This document shows, piece after piece, positions 38,629-50,609 of a stretch of DNA of 64,000 bases. Made by a program: the position numbers and the translations under genes. The stretch is from Vicugna vicugna (Eukaryota). The DNA lies in the NCBI GenBank assembly GCA_013265495.1, contig MU057865.1:1054001-1118000 (forward strand). Reading direction: 5' to 3'. The first letter of the stretch is position 1; the number at the start of each line of letters is the position of its first letter. The notes beneath the pieces are model-generated. The model saw only the letters and a list, made by a program, of their open reading frames with translations. It did no database searches and was not told the origin of the DNA.

Positions 38629-39629
38629 TGTAAAATAGTAAATCCAGGTACAGTAAGAATCAAAACCTTACATTTTATTCAATGTTATGACTTCTTCTTT
38701 CCTCACCCAGCAGGGCATCGGCAAGACCTTCACAATAGAAGAAAAATGGCTTGGCTGGAAACCTACATGCCCTTGGCTTGCAAATAGCCAATTCCTTTTC
38801 CAGTCTGTTAACTTTGATTTATGCTGATACTTCCAGGGTCAGGCCTAGGAAGAGAGGAGCAGAAAGGTGAGTGGAGTCCTTACTTGACTAATAACGTGAG
38901 ACACGTCCACTCGCTGGCTGGGAGGTTTGGTAACACGGACTTGCTCAGTTGGGCTCTTGGGGAACCTGACTTTCCCTTTCTGTGGTTGATTCGCTCTTCT
39001 ACAGCTGGTTGCTCAGAGCACTTTCTTTAGGCTGTGGCCATCCACAAGGATCTCCTACACTTTTCTGTGAAGTTCTGTTTGCCCTTTAGGGTGGGATTTC
39101 AGGGAATACCATGTGACCGAAGGGAAATGTTTCCCATGCCATCTTTTCTTCTTCAAAGTCTAAGAGCACAGATCACCCAAGGCATCCAGCTACTTTTCCA
39201 TCCTTTCACTGTCAGAACAGGTAACCAGCCCATCTCTCACACTTGGGATTCTCTCAGACACAAACCCAGTGCTCTACACATAGTAACTCTCAAAGACAAC
39301 TCTCAGAGGACTTCTCCTGCAACTTGAGATGATAAGGAAAGCATGTGTATCTTTATCTGAGGAAGAGGGTGAGGCTACCTCCTCACTTCATGTTTCTATT
39401 GCACAGCTGTTTCCAAGGACTTTCAAACTTCTTTCATACTTGGAGTTGGATGATCCCATAATGGTACAACCTAGTTTTCTCTAGCACCCTTTTGTAGGTC
39501 CTGAGGATAGGCTCATGTCCCACTTTAGAATATGGCACTTACTGTCTTAGGACCTGAATTCCAGTCTATTATCATGATAGGTACACAAACAAATACCTAA
39601 GCTCAAATACTAATAATCACTACTAAGAA

Positions 39630-40400
39630 AATGAGAAGCTAAGGTGGGAGACAGGGATGAGAAGAGCATTAGACAGCGTGGTCAGTGGAACGTCTCTGAA
39701 GAGATGACATTTAACAGGAACCTGATTGACTAGGAGAAAACCATGCAAAGATCAAGCATAGGTGCATTCCAGGCAGATACAGGGTTAAAGGTTCTGATGA
39801 CAGAATTGTGGTCATGGGTTCAAAGAGCAGAAATAAATCATGTGAGGCTGGGACAAACCCTGCAAGGAAAAAAAAATGTCTGTGGGACAATGATCTCAAT
39901 TTCTAGGATGCATCAGAATCGTCTGGAGGGATTGTTACTACACCAATTCCTGGGCCCCATCCCAGAGACTGTGCCCTAGAATGTTGTGGCTCCCAGCTCC
40001 CCCGGTGACACCGCTATTGCTGAGTGGCAGTGCTGTAGGATATGAGGTCAGAGAAAAAGTTAGGAGCCAGAGAAAGGATTTTGGACTTTATCTTAATTAA
40101 CCAGAACATTTAAGGCAGTAGAAGGCTATGATCTAATCTGAAATTTCTAAAAATGGCTCTGGCTGTTTTTGGACAAATATGCTATAAGCAGTGGCAGGCA
40201 GGTGTGGGAGGAGGAAAGACATTCAGGAGTCTATTTCTGTTCTCCTGGCAAAGAATGATCATGGTTTAAATGAGAATGGCAGTGGTGGAGTCGTAGGGAA
40301 GCAGAGGAATGGAAGTATATTCTGGAGAGTGTGAGGACGGGAATTGGTTATGAACTGGTAGGAGTAGAGCATAGGAAGAGGGAATCCTTGCTAAAACCTA
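39630..40400 (-). mobile_element. L2 fragments interrupted by a MER5-type element
   Basis: gtggtcagtggaacgtctctgaagagatgacatttaac...gcattccaggcaga; aaggattttggactttatctt...tggctctggctg. Confidence 0.7.
39888..40035. mobile_element. MER5A-like hAT-Charlie element
   Basis: tgcatcagaatcgtctggagggattgttactacaccaattcctgggccccatcccagag...agctccccggtga. Confidence 0.7.
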
Positions 40401-41005
40401 GACTCCTACCCACATCCAGCTTCTTTAGGGTTAATCATCATATTTAACATTTCCTTTACCTCCACGTGGTACCTGGCAGATGATCTGAACAGAGTAAACA
40501 CTCGGTAAATAAAAGGATCGAATCAAACAAGACTTAAATAATTTCTGCATTAACAGTTCCTTTGCAGGCTTTTCAAATGTAAACAAATTAAATAAAATAA
40601 GAATGAATTCAGGAAACTTGGTGAATTTAATCCAAGTGGAATTTGAGAACAGATTAATTGTTAATGTAGGTAATTTGGGTAAAGCAAATACAATAGAGTT
40701 TGACAATGGATTGATTTTAGGACATGTTGAAGGTTCATTCTACCTATTTCCAAGAAAACTACCCTTTAAGAACAATCTTATTCTCACTGGGGTGGGGAAG
40801 GTTTAGGACAAACCTAAAGTATCTGGACTGCAGCAAATAGCACAGTGGGCTCATCCTTTGATTCCTCCCTTTTCCAATCATATTTGTTCTTATCCTTCAG
40901 GTTAAGATGAACATCAAGGTCAGTGTTAGAACTTAAACAATGAATAAATTAAAAAATAGATTGTTAATACAATATCTTAAAGTATTTATTTATTGTGAGA
41001 GGATA

Positions 41006-41096
41006 ATAGGAATCCAAGGAAAAGGATTATGGGTAAAATATAATCAACCAGATATAGGAATCCAAGGAAAAGGATTATCGGTAAAATATAATCAAC
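41006..41096. repeat. 48-bp-period tandem duplication
   Basis: 43-bp ataggaatccaaggaaaaggattat(g/c)ggtaaaatataatcaac at 41006-41048 and 41054-41096, one mismatch. Confidence 0.95.
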
Positions 41097-42809
41097 TTTT
41101 AGGGTCATGTGGCAATTCTCTACATCTTTTCTCAATCTGTTCCATTTTGTACTTGCCAGTTTAATGAGCTCTGGTAACGTGTGGTCCCCAGTACAGTTAC
41201 TCTCACCATCTCCTCAATGTAGACTTCTCAGTAAAATATTCTTATATTGATCTAGTTAAGGAAAAAGACATATTAACATGAGCCTCCAGGAAACGTTCTG
41301 GAACTTTTTTTTTTTAATTTTGCTTACAAAATGCTAGTAACTACTTTATCTAAGAGAGGTTAAAAGATAACATAACACAATTCTTCAAGGACATCTCTGC
41401 AATGGTAACAAAATTCTCTCCCATAGCCAATGTGTCTTTTTCCTAAGAACTTAAACTTGTAAATCAAGGGTATAAGATTAATATAGATGTTGCTTATTTT
41501 AATGTATAAACCTGAAATTTCATTCTTAAGCACCAAAAGGCTCAAAATTATGATTTTGAGTAAAAAGGCAGAAGTTTCCCCAGTCACCCAAATTTTCATC
41601 TTTAAAACTGTATCTCATTAAAAAATCATAGAAAAACAGTTTATAGTATATTTTGTTAGCCTGTAATTTTCCTTTTAAAGGAACCAACAACACTTATTCT
41701 CTCAATTAAGTCTTCACCCAGGAAATATTGAGAACAAAAATAAGCACTTGTAAAATTAAAGAACTTAGTGCTGAACCTAACTCCCACTAAAGTAGTCGTT
41801 ACAAGTCTGTCTTGAGTGTCTTTGACGTCATCAAAAGTCTGGAATCAACATGACAACACAGAGACAGGAAACGGAAGTTGATAAACAGTTGAATGTTAAA
41901 AGAAGGGTGTCTATGGATTGAAAAAAGGAGATACTTCAAGTAGATGGTAGGACACTGGTAATTGATTTCAAAACTCAGATCTTACAAAGATAACGAAGAA
42001 CAGAGTGTTCAGGTCCAGCCCCTGCATCCCAGGACTCCAGTCAGAATAGCTGGAGTGCAGGGCTGGAGGGTCCTGACTTTCTCTGGTCTCCTTGGGTGAA
42101 ATAAAATAGACATGCATTTCAATCTAGAGCATTCTTGGTGTCTCTGGCGCCCAGCCAGGGGCTGGACAAAGAAAGTTTTAGAGTAATTTCTTGTCTTATC
42201 ACATTCTTGGAGATAAACAAAAGGGAGTTTCCTATGAGCAGGAAGCCTCAACAGGGGGCTTCAAATACTTGCAGAAGCATTTGGCAGGACATTTGGTTTC
42301 TGCAGGACGTGCCAAGGGAGACACGGATGAGAATTCTCAGTAATCCAGCCCCGGTAGGAAGACCTGTTCTGGACAGGGATGTTTCCTCCGGGTTTTTAGT
42401 GACCTGGATGAAATATTTCTTACATTGCTTATTTTTTTCTCTCCAAAAATGGCTTTTTAGACTCACCCAAGAAAGGTGCAAAGGACTGGTTAGTAATTAA
42501 ATCTTCATGCATTTACGGTACTTTTTAAATAAGACAATAAGTCTGCTTTTTCATGATGTAAAATCTATTAGCTTTATAAGATTGCTTTCATTTGGAGATG
42601 ATAATTTTTTTTGTTTTCAGTATTAAAACACTGTATTTTATGAAAAAAGAACTACAATGCATAAATTTAGAAGTACCTTTGAGGTATAAAGCAATTTTTC
42701 AGAATATTTTCACACATACTCACAAAAATAGTACTTCCAGCAATGAAGAAAGGAACTTTTTCCCCCCTCTTTTTCTAGAATTTTAAGGAAGACTTCATAG
42801 ACAATGTGT

Positions 42810-42850
42810 TTTTTGTTTGTTTGTTTGTTTGTTTGATTGATTGATTGATT
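42810..42850. repeat. (TTTG)n(ATTG)n compound microsatellite
   Basis: direct reading. Confidence 0.85.
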
Positions 42851-43110
42851 TTTAAGCTGGATCCTAAAGAAAGGAGGCAAGTAACTAGAAGTGAAGGCGA
42901 AGGCTGTTCCAGGCAGCAGTGCCCTGTTGAGTGAAGGTAGAGAAGAGGTCTGCGTGTTTGGCAAATAGTGAGTATTCCAGCTTGTTTCTAACAGAGAGTT
43001 TTAGGAGGAAAGAAATGGGAAATAACATGGAAAGATTAGATAACGCCAAACCCTGGATGACTCTGAATGTCAGGACAAGGATTCTCCACTTTATTGTAAT
43101 AAGAGTAGAT
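42850..43110 (-). mobile_element. L2 fragment
   Basis: ttaagctggatcctaaaga...gttccaggcagcag...tgaatgtcaggacaaggattctccactttattgt. Confidence 0.6.
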
Positions 43111-46100
43111 GGCATTTCTTGAGTGCAAACCTATAAAAACAAAACTGCCAAAGAAAGAGAAAGGGGACTTCATTCTTCCTTCCTTTCCTTTCTTTTCTTT
43201 GCATAAAGGTCTCTAATGTCACACAGATACGATGACACCGGTTCAGGGAAAGAGCTTTGAATCTTGCTTAGAAAGGCAGTTTCATCTTCTTACAATTTTG
43301 GAATGAACTGAGTTGATTTCTAGAGGGTTCCCAACAACAAAGGAAGTATCAGAATGGGGTGAGCAAAAATAGGTTCTTAAGGACCACTGTGCTGCCACTA
43401 AAAGTAAGACCATTTGATAAAGAGTTTCATTTCAGAGATAACCCATTTTGGAATTAAGTCATATAAATTGTAACCCCCTCCTCCTTCAAACTGCCTTCAG
43501 CCTAGGATGTGTCCTTATTAACACCACCCGCATCTACTTTCTATCCCTTATCTTTGTTAGATGGGTCCAAAATTTATGACTCCAAATTTTGCTGGCTCCT
43601 TCTTGCGGCAATAAAAGGAAATTAGCCCCTGGTGATGCCAAGTATTGGGGAACATCATTCAGTTCAGCTCGAGAAATCACAACAGGTCACCATTTTGTCA
43701 CTAAAATCCATTTGGGGAGAAACGTTTCTACCCGCTCATCGTTTAGCTTTTTCAGGTTTGAATATGTGAAGCTTTCAGTTATGATTCATACCAGAAGTGG
43801 GATTTTTTTGGAACATCCCCAAGCCACTCAAACTGGTTCCCTTCTCACCCTCTCCCATCACCTCCTTCCCTACGGAGATTAAGGGATGTATAAAACAACC
43901 TGTTACTGCCAAGGGGGATCAATGCTATACATTATCGCTCACAGCTCATTAACCTCGAAGCCCTGCTAACTAAGAAAATCCTCTCTAATGAGGTTTCCCT
44001 TGACTGCACTAAAGAACAAAAGGTCTAAAAGTTTTCCCTATTACCAGTGTTCCTCAAATTATTGCACTGTAATTAAAACGTAACTTTGAAGCCAAAGAAG
44101 AAAAAAAAAGTTTAAATTTTTTTAAAACTCTAAAAAGACCTTGTCAAAAAAAAAAAGTCTGTTTTGTCCTTTGGTAGCAACTAAACCATAGGGAACCATT
44201 TAGTTTGGGGGAGATAATTTTTCTCCGAACACCTGGATCCTATCTACATCACTCAAGAGAGGTAGGCAGTGACCCATATCATTCAGATAGAAATGTTTTT
44301 GTAATATAAAAGGTAAAAGTAAAGTTCTCACCTCAGTGTTCTAAGTAGACTCCTGCTTTTGGTCAAATAATCCCCAAGATAATAACACAAGTTGACTGTC
44401 CTTGACAGAGAGATACTTAGAATCTAGAACTGAGAGTGGTAAATTGATGGGTCCCAATGTATTTCTGAGTCAGAGCCCCAGAGTCAGGGTTATCTGTACA
44501 GTTGTATCACCAGAATCTTAAAGAGCAGAGATGTAGCTAAAACAAACAGAAGGGGCTGTGCTCCCAAGAGACGTTTATAATCTGGTGAGGTAGCTAGAAT
44601 TAAACATCCTCACCTCTGAGCTTTGAGTTTTTAAATGCCCAAAATGCAAATAATAATTACCTCTTTTAGCTTCCTTGGAAGCCTGATTTATGTGTGTAGC
44701 GTATCCTCAGGGGAACAGAGTAAAGAGTTAGGGACGCAGTCTGGAAAATGAAGGCTGAGAGGAGAATAAAACCACTGCTTCTAAAACGGTGAAGGGACCA
44801 GCTTGAGGGAATACAGCCTTGACCACTGAATCCTGGAAGACTAATTAACAAGCTGAGATTCTCTTGAAACTCAAACAATTTAAATTTTAAACATTAAAGA
44901 TACGTCTTACTCCACAAAGGGAGAGTAAACACATGGCACTCATTAAAATCCTTGCAATTTGAAAAGAGAGAAAACTTCCAAATTTGAATCCTACTCTCCT
45001 AACAAGGTTCTGAAGGATATTAAAATATTTAGGACACACCCCTGATCTTAGCATACAGATCAAGAAGAATAACCAATAGACCGTCTTCTGGTGCAAGGAG
45101 AAAATTCTGTGTTATAAACAATGCTGGATATATTCCTGGTAGTGTTAGCCACGTTTTCCTTGGAACTGCCGAAATGATCTGTTACGAGTTAATGCTAAAG
45201 CAATACCATGAGAGATGTCTTCACTGTGTACTTATGAGGGACAAAGGTGAAAAATCAAAAAGGCAGAAGCCATGCCACACGATCACTTATACCACTGGCT
45301 TCGTACACACAAGTTCTTTAATTTAAAAAAATTTTTTTTCAAAGTACAAACAGGTAATGAAACTTGAAAGACGTACATCCCTACTGTCAAAGAGCTTATG
45401 ACTTTTTGCACTTTGTGAAAAACAAGTGGACTGTGAACACCAAAACCTCCATTCTAGACCTAGTATTCGCACTATTTTATTAGGACAAGAAACTGATTTG
45501 ACCACACTGGGCTAAAATTTCTCCATGCTCTATTGGAGATGATAATCCCCATCTTCCCATAGCACCAGACAATTTAAAAATCTAAAGATAATTAACTATA
45601 ATTAATATATACATAATTCAACATAGTTTTTAAAAAATGCTGTTGATGTAAAACAGACAGAAATTTAAAAAAAAACAATTATAATAAACACTATGGAAGT
45701 GCTTTAAAAATTAAGATACTCTACAGATACTATATAAATGCAAAATATACCTGTTTATGACATTATGGTATTTTGGGAATTCTCACTTTGCTCTACTTCT
45801 GTGGGTATTTCATTAAAATATAAAAGAAAACAGAACCACAACAGACACAGACTTTGCATGCCATTCCTATAATATTAACAACTTGATCAAATGCTTAGGG
45901 CTAATTCAGTCTTGGGATTCTAGAAACCATGACTACCTGAAGCCTACCGTGGAGAAACGCAAAGTTTATGAAAATACAAATCACTCTTTAGTCAGAACGA
46001 AAAGAATAACTTGTTAGGTACAATATCTTCAGAGCTGCCGTTGTGTCTTCGAAGCCCTGGTGCATGAGGTGACTAGGAGGGACTTGATAAGACAAGGTTT

Positions 46101-46660
46101 CTCCATCAGGAACAAAACTTGCCTTCTCCAAGCCCAGGATGGAGCGATTCTGTAATGGCGATCATAGTTCCTGCCCTCGAGCTGTTTTTAATTTTCTATA
46201 GAAACAACCAACCAGCCCAAAATGATTCAAATCCAATATGAGAAAGTGTGCAGTTGAGACCTGGTCTTTGTAGAACACATTTTAAGGAGTTAGAAAGGCA
46301 GACATCATGAGCTTTAATAATTTGTGATAGAGTGAGATGACCTCTAGATATTTATATCTCCCACCCTTCATTTTCCCCTCTGTAGTGAGCTGTGGCAGGA
46401 GCAGATGGACAGCCGGGCTCTTCCCCAGCCCCCTTGCATGCAGGTGTAGCCACGTGACTAGGAGAGGGATGGAGGCATGCCTTCTTCCCCAGTCTCTCAG
46501 GCCCACCACTAACTGGTGTTCAGCACAGACCTTGCAAGTCAATAAGGGAAGGTGGAGACAAGAGGTTACAAGAATCTTATGCCTCTGGATCACAGTCCAG
46601 AGGAAAGCCTGCAGGCAAGGACGCCTGCACCCATTGGTCTCCTAGCTAAGAGATCATCTT

Positions 46661-46764
46661 GCGGGAAGGGAATAGCTCAGCGGTAGAATGCGTGCCTAGC
46701 ATGCATGAGGTCCTGGGTTCAATCCCCGGTACCGCCATTAAAAAAAAGAAAGAAAAGAAAAGAC
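46661..46764 (+). mobile_element. Vic-1-type SINE (short form)
   Basis: gggaatagctcagcggtagaatgcgtgcctagcatgcatgaggtcctgggttcaatccccggtacc plus A tail; TSD aagagatcatctt (46648-46660)/aagagattacctt (46765-46777). Confidence 0.92.
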
Positions 46765-47663
46765 AAGAGATTACCTTTCATTGTGTTAGACTAGCATACC
46801 TGGAGGTTTATTTGTAGAGTAGCAAGATTCTCCTAACTAATGCATTGGTCATTAAACACAAAATAAATTGGAAGTCATTCTTCATTAGACAGAATTCCCA
46901 AAAGAAATTCTTCCAAAACATTAATTTTCACAGAACAACAAAATATGAACTAATTTACCAAAATTGATAGTTTGAGAGAACTGTGTCTCCCATAAAATGA
47001 AAGTTTAGCTACAGGGATTATAATGATTCAGACAGAAAGGAAGGAACAGGAGGTCCAACCTAGGATTTAATTACTTTAGCAACCTTTGAGTAGCTTGTAA
47101 GATAGAAAATTCTCAGCACGAGGGTGCTTGTTGTGGGTACCAGCTCGGCCTCCCTCTGAAGCGAGACTGCAGGGCCCTCTGAAAGTATCCTGAGTCCTGA
47201 AGAGAAGGGTGAGACGGTCTCTGAATGAGAAGCTTAGCGCAAGATCTAATGAAGAAAAGCACGTGTGATAAAGGTCCTGCCCTAGAGGAATGTAGAAAAA
47301 GACCAAAAAAACAGCAAAGCACAAAATCAGAATGAAATAGGATACAATTTTGGAGGAAAGAGGTGGGGCGGAAAAGTTGTTTTTCTTGGAGGCTGTTTTT
47401 CCAAGACAAAGAGGGCTGCTCTCCCTGGAGAACAGCACTGGAAGGGAATAATGATGGTGGATTTGAGCCCTTTTCATGCAGGACCCGAGAAGCACCTCCT
47501 GTCTGCCCGCATCTCACACAGCCGGCTCCGTGCGAGTACTGATCCTGAATACTCAGTATTTACGGAGACTTTTGCTAGTTCCAGGGGGGGTTCTCACTGC
47601 TTCATCACGACCAGTCCCTGGAATAATGTTTGGATTAATAATTTATTGATTAAAAACCAAATT

Positions 47664-47664
47664 G

Positions 47665-47698
<34 letters not shown>

Positions 47699-47735
47699 TA
47701 TATATATGTTTATATATAATTATACATATATGCTA
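47664..47735. repeat. (TA)n/(CA)n compound microsatellite
   Basis: direct reading. Confidence 0.85.
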
Positions 47736-48284
47736 CACATAATATTCATTTCAGTTTTAAAACTTTTTTAGCATTTTTCATAAACACCTAAACTGAGATC
47801 ATGCTCTTTTATTGATGAAGTGTGTGATAACAGATACACGCAGGCAGGCACAGGGATACACACATGCACACACACATTACTAACTGAGCATATTTATTCT
47901 CCAGAAAGCTCCCATGACTGGGCATTGCTGTTACCAGTTGGAACAAATTGCTGTAATTTTTACTCTGTGATAAATATTTGCTCAGTGGCATGAAGAGGTG
48001 TGACATCAGACGCTGGGGAAGATGACAAAGACTTCCCCGGCAGTCCTCGGTGACTTTGTACAGTCGCCCAAGGAGGGGCAGGTACTTCAACCTCTATCTG
48101 TAGCACTGCTGGGCTAGTCTTAGGAGAACAAATTATTTGTGGGGGTCTCAAATCCACCCAGCCCAGCATGCCACAAATGGATTGATTCTTTCAGTTTCCT
48201 GGAAAGTGGAAGGCTGAATGCTTCCACCAGGAGGAAAGCAATATTCTCCAATAAAATGGGGGTGATGCTCTTTCAGCTACACAA

Positions 48285-48309
48285 ACACACACACACACAC
48301 ACACACACA
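48285..48309. repeat. (CA)n microsatellite
   Basis: direct reading. Confidence 0.9.
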
Positions 48310-48862
48310 TGCACAATTATGGTTTATTTTCTTTTAGTACATTTTTCTATTAAACAGCAGGGAAAACTATAGACATTTGTGAAGGAGACAACTGCTCATA
48401 TGATGTAAGGAACTTACAATATAATTTCACCTACCTTGTCCGCCACTCTAATAGACACCTGCTTTATTCTTTTATACACATCTTAACTCTTTATTAGTGT
48501 TGGTGTCTTCTAAAAATGGCAATAATATAGACGTCTATCCCCACCCCTTATCAATGTACCTTATAGCATTGTTGTCACTTTGAAATGAACCATGATAGGT
48601 ATAAAGCCTTCTCAGTTTTTACTTTTAGAATCAAGATACATGACTGAGTCCTCTTGCTCAGGCAGAGAATATGGACTGCAAAGAATTAAGATTTTAAAGT
48701 CTCAGTTGTTGATTTTATGGAAATGAAACTATGTAAATACAAATGAAAGAAATAAAATTATTTAATGAATAAAATATCTCAAAACTCAATGGCTCAAAAA
48801 AAAAATACCCACATATGGGTCATTTCTATGACTGTGGGTCAGGATTCCAGGAAAAGACTAGC

Positions 48863-49073
48863 TGAACCCTTTGCATCAGGGTCTCTCCCAAGACCACAGT
48901 CAAGGGCTGGGGACTCCTCTGCAGATCACCTGCCTGAATCCTTTGCATCGGGGTCTCTCCCAAGACCACAGTCAAGGGCTGGGGACTCCTCTGCAGATCA
49001 CCTGCTTGAATCCTTTGCATCAGGGTCTCTCCCAAGACCACAGTCAAGGGCTGGGGACTCCCCTGCAGGTCAC
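48863..49073. repeat. 72-bp minisatellite, ~2.9 units
   Basis: units start at 48863, 48935 and 49007 (tgaa(c/t)cctttgcatc(a/g)gggtctctcccaagaccacagtcaagggctggggactc...), near-identical. Confidence 0.95.
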
Positions 49074-49424
49074 TGCAGGAGGATCTGCTTCCGGCTCCCT
49101 GACCTGGCTGCTGGGGAGATTCAGTTCTTTGCAGACTGTTGAACCGAGGGCTTCAGTTCATTGCTGTCTAATGGCTAGAGGTTGCCCTCAGTTCCCTGCC
49201 CTGTGGACCTGTACAGCGTGACTGCTTGTTTTATCAACGAGCAAGGCTACCAGCAAACTGGAAAGCCACAGTACTACACAGCTGAATCACAGAAATAGCA
49301 TCACATCATTTTTACTTCATCCTAGTCATTAGAAGCAAGTCGCCGTGTCTGGCCCACACTTGCGGGTGGATAATTGCACAGGACGTGAATACTCAGAGTC
49401 AGGGATCATTTGAAGGTGTGTCAG

Positions 49425-49741
49425 TGTTACAGAAACCTGAATCCCGTTGAGAGACGAAGCAACACTCGGAGGGTTGGAGAACTCAGGTTTATTACACCGG
49501 CGGGCCCAGAGGAGTTAACACTCCAAGCTTTGGACCTCGTCTGTAGGTTTACATAGGCTTTTATAGGGTTTTAGGTTTTGATTAAGTTTGCACCATATGC
49601 AAATGAGGTATTAAAAATGGACCAATTGGGAGTGAGCTTTTGGGAACCAATGATAAGTTTCAGTTTCCTAGAAGCAAGCTATTTTACAGAAGCGAAAAAG
49701 TAGAGAGCAATGTCCCTGCCCTGGAGGCCTTTTCTACTCCA
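49425..49741 (-). mobile_element. short ERV1-type solo LTR nested in MLT1
   Basis: TGTTAC...TCCA termini, TSD tcag/ccag; minus-strand TATAAAA at 49559-49565 then AATAAA at 49488-49493. Confidence 0.85.
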
Positions 49742-50189
49742 CCAGAAGCTGCCTATACAAACAGTTTAATAACAGAATAACATCACAATCATAATACTAT
49801 AGTTTTTCTTTTTAAAATTCATTTGCTGCTAAAATTAAGGAAATACAATGTTACATATTTTTTCTGAAAAATGTAAATTTGTAACTACAGACTTTTTGGC
49901 TATGTTCAAATTCTGAACTCATGCGTTCTATACATAAAATTAAATCAGTAAATCATTATAATGCATTCACTGGCAAAAAGCCACAGAGCTAGATGCTGTA
50001 GAGAAATCTGGACACAGAAGGTAGTGTCCCCACCCTCAGTCGAGTTATAACTGAGAAGGAAATGGAATTTTAATATATTTTAAAGGTAAATAATACCATA
50101 AAGTGTTTATAAATCCCAAGCCTCAACAAAGGAAATCAAACAAAAAAGCGACAGCGATATTAAATGTTGTGATTTCAAGGATGGAATAA

Positions 50190-50580
50190 TAACATAGAAT
50201 AGTCTATGAAACTCCATGGAAGGGAGGGGAATATAAAGCTAGATTATCCAGACTGTTTGGTATTTTGGAACAGGAAGAGGACGGAGAATATTCCAGATGG
50301 AATGTGAGATGTAAGCAAAAGCAGCCAGGGTGAAAATGTGCACGATGTTCCAGGGGAAGAGCAGAAGGACTATTTTAACTCCAGGAGGGTTCTGCGTTGG
50401 GGTAGTAGAGATTAAGAGAAAGCACAAGTCCAGACTGTGGAATACCTTAGAAGTAAAACCGTGGAATCGGATCTTCCAACACTGTGGAACTACTAAAGAC
50501 CTTGAGATATGAGCTGTCAAGGTAAAATTTACGTAGCTTGAATGGAGAGTACTCTGAAGCGTGAACTGTTAGTTGCATCA
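50190..50580 (-). mobile_element. L2 fragment
   Basis: atattccagatggaatgtgagatgtaagcaaaagcagccagggtgaaaatgtgcacgatgttccaggg. Confidence 0.6.
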
Positions 50581-50609
50581 GAATAAAGAAGGTTTACCAT
50601 AGGTGGAGG

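Larger units (their letters stand above)
48765..49760 (-). mobile_element. MLT1 (ERVL-MaLR) LTR carrying a 72-bp minisatellite and a nested ERV1-type LTR
   Basis: caaaactcaatggctcaaaa; tgtgggtcaggattccagg; ggatctgcttcc; gattcagttctttgcag; attagaagcaagtc; the terminus resumes after the nested LTR as agaagctgcctata. Confidence 0.8.

Noticed and set aside
38711..38740. QGIGKTFT peptide resembling a P-loop
   Set aside because: The frame stops about 38 codons later and there is no NTPase context
46661..46740. tRNA-Ala-like gene (also at 30250-30338, 36376-36450, 54850-54905)
   Set aside because: A-rich tails, TSDs and imperfect stems show SINE copies, not functional tRNA genes
48765..49221. Repeat-protein-like ORFs or CRISPR-like array
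   Set aside because: Head-to-tail 72-bp units without unique spacers inside an MLT1 in a mammalian genome; the peptide repeats follow from the period being divisible by 3
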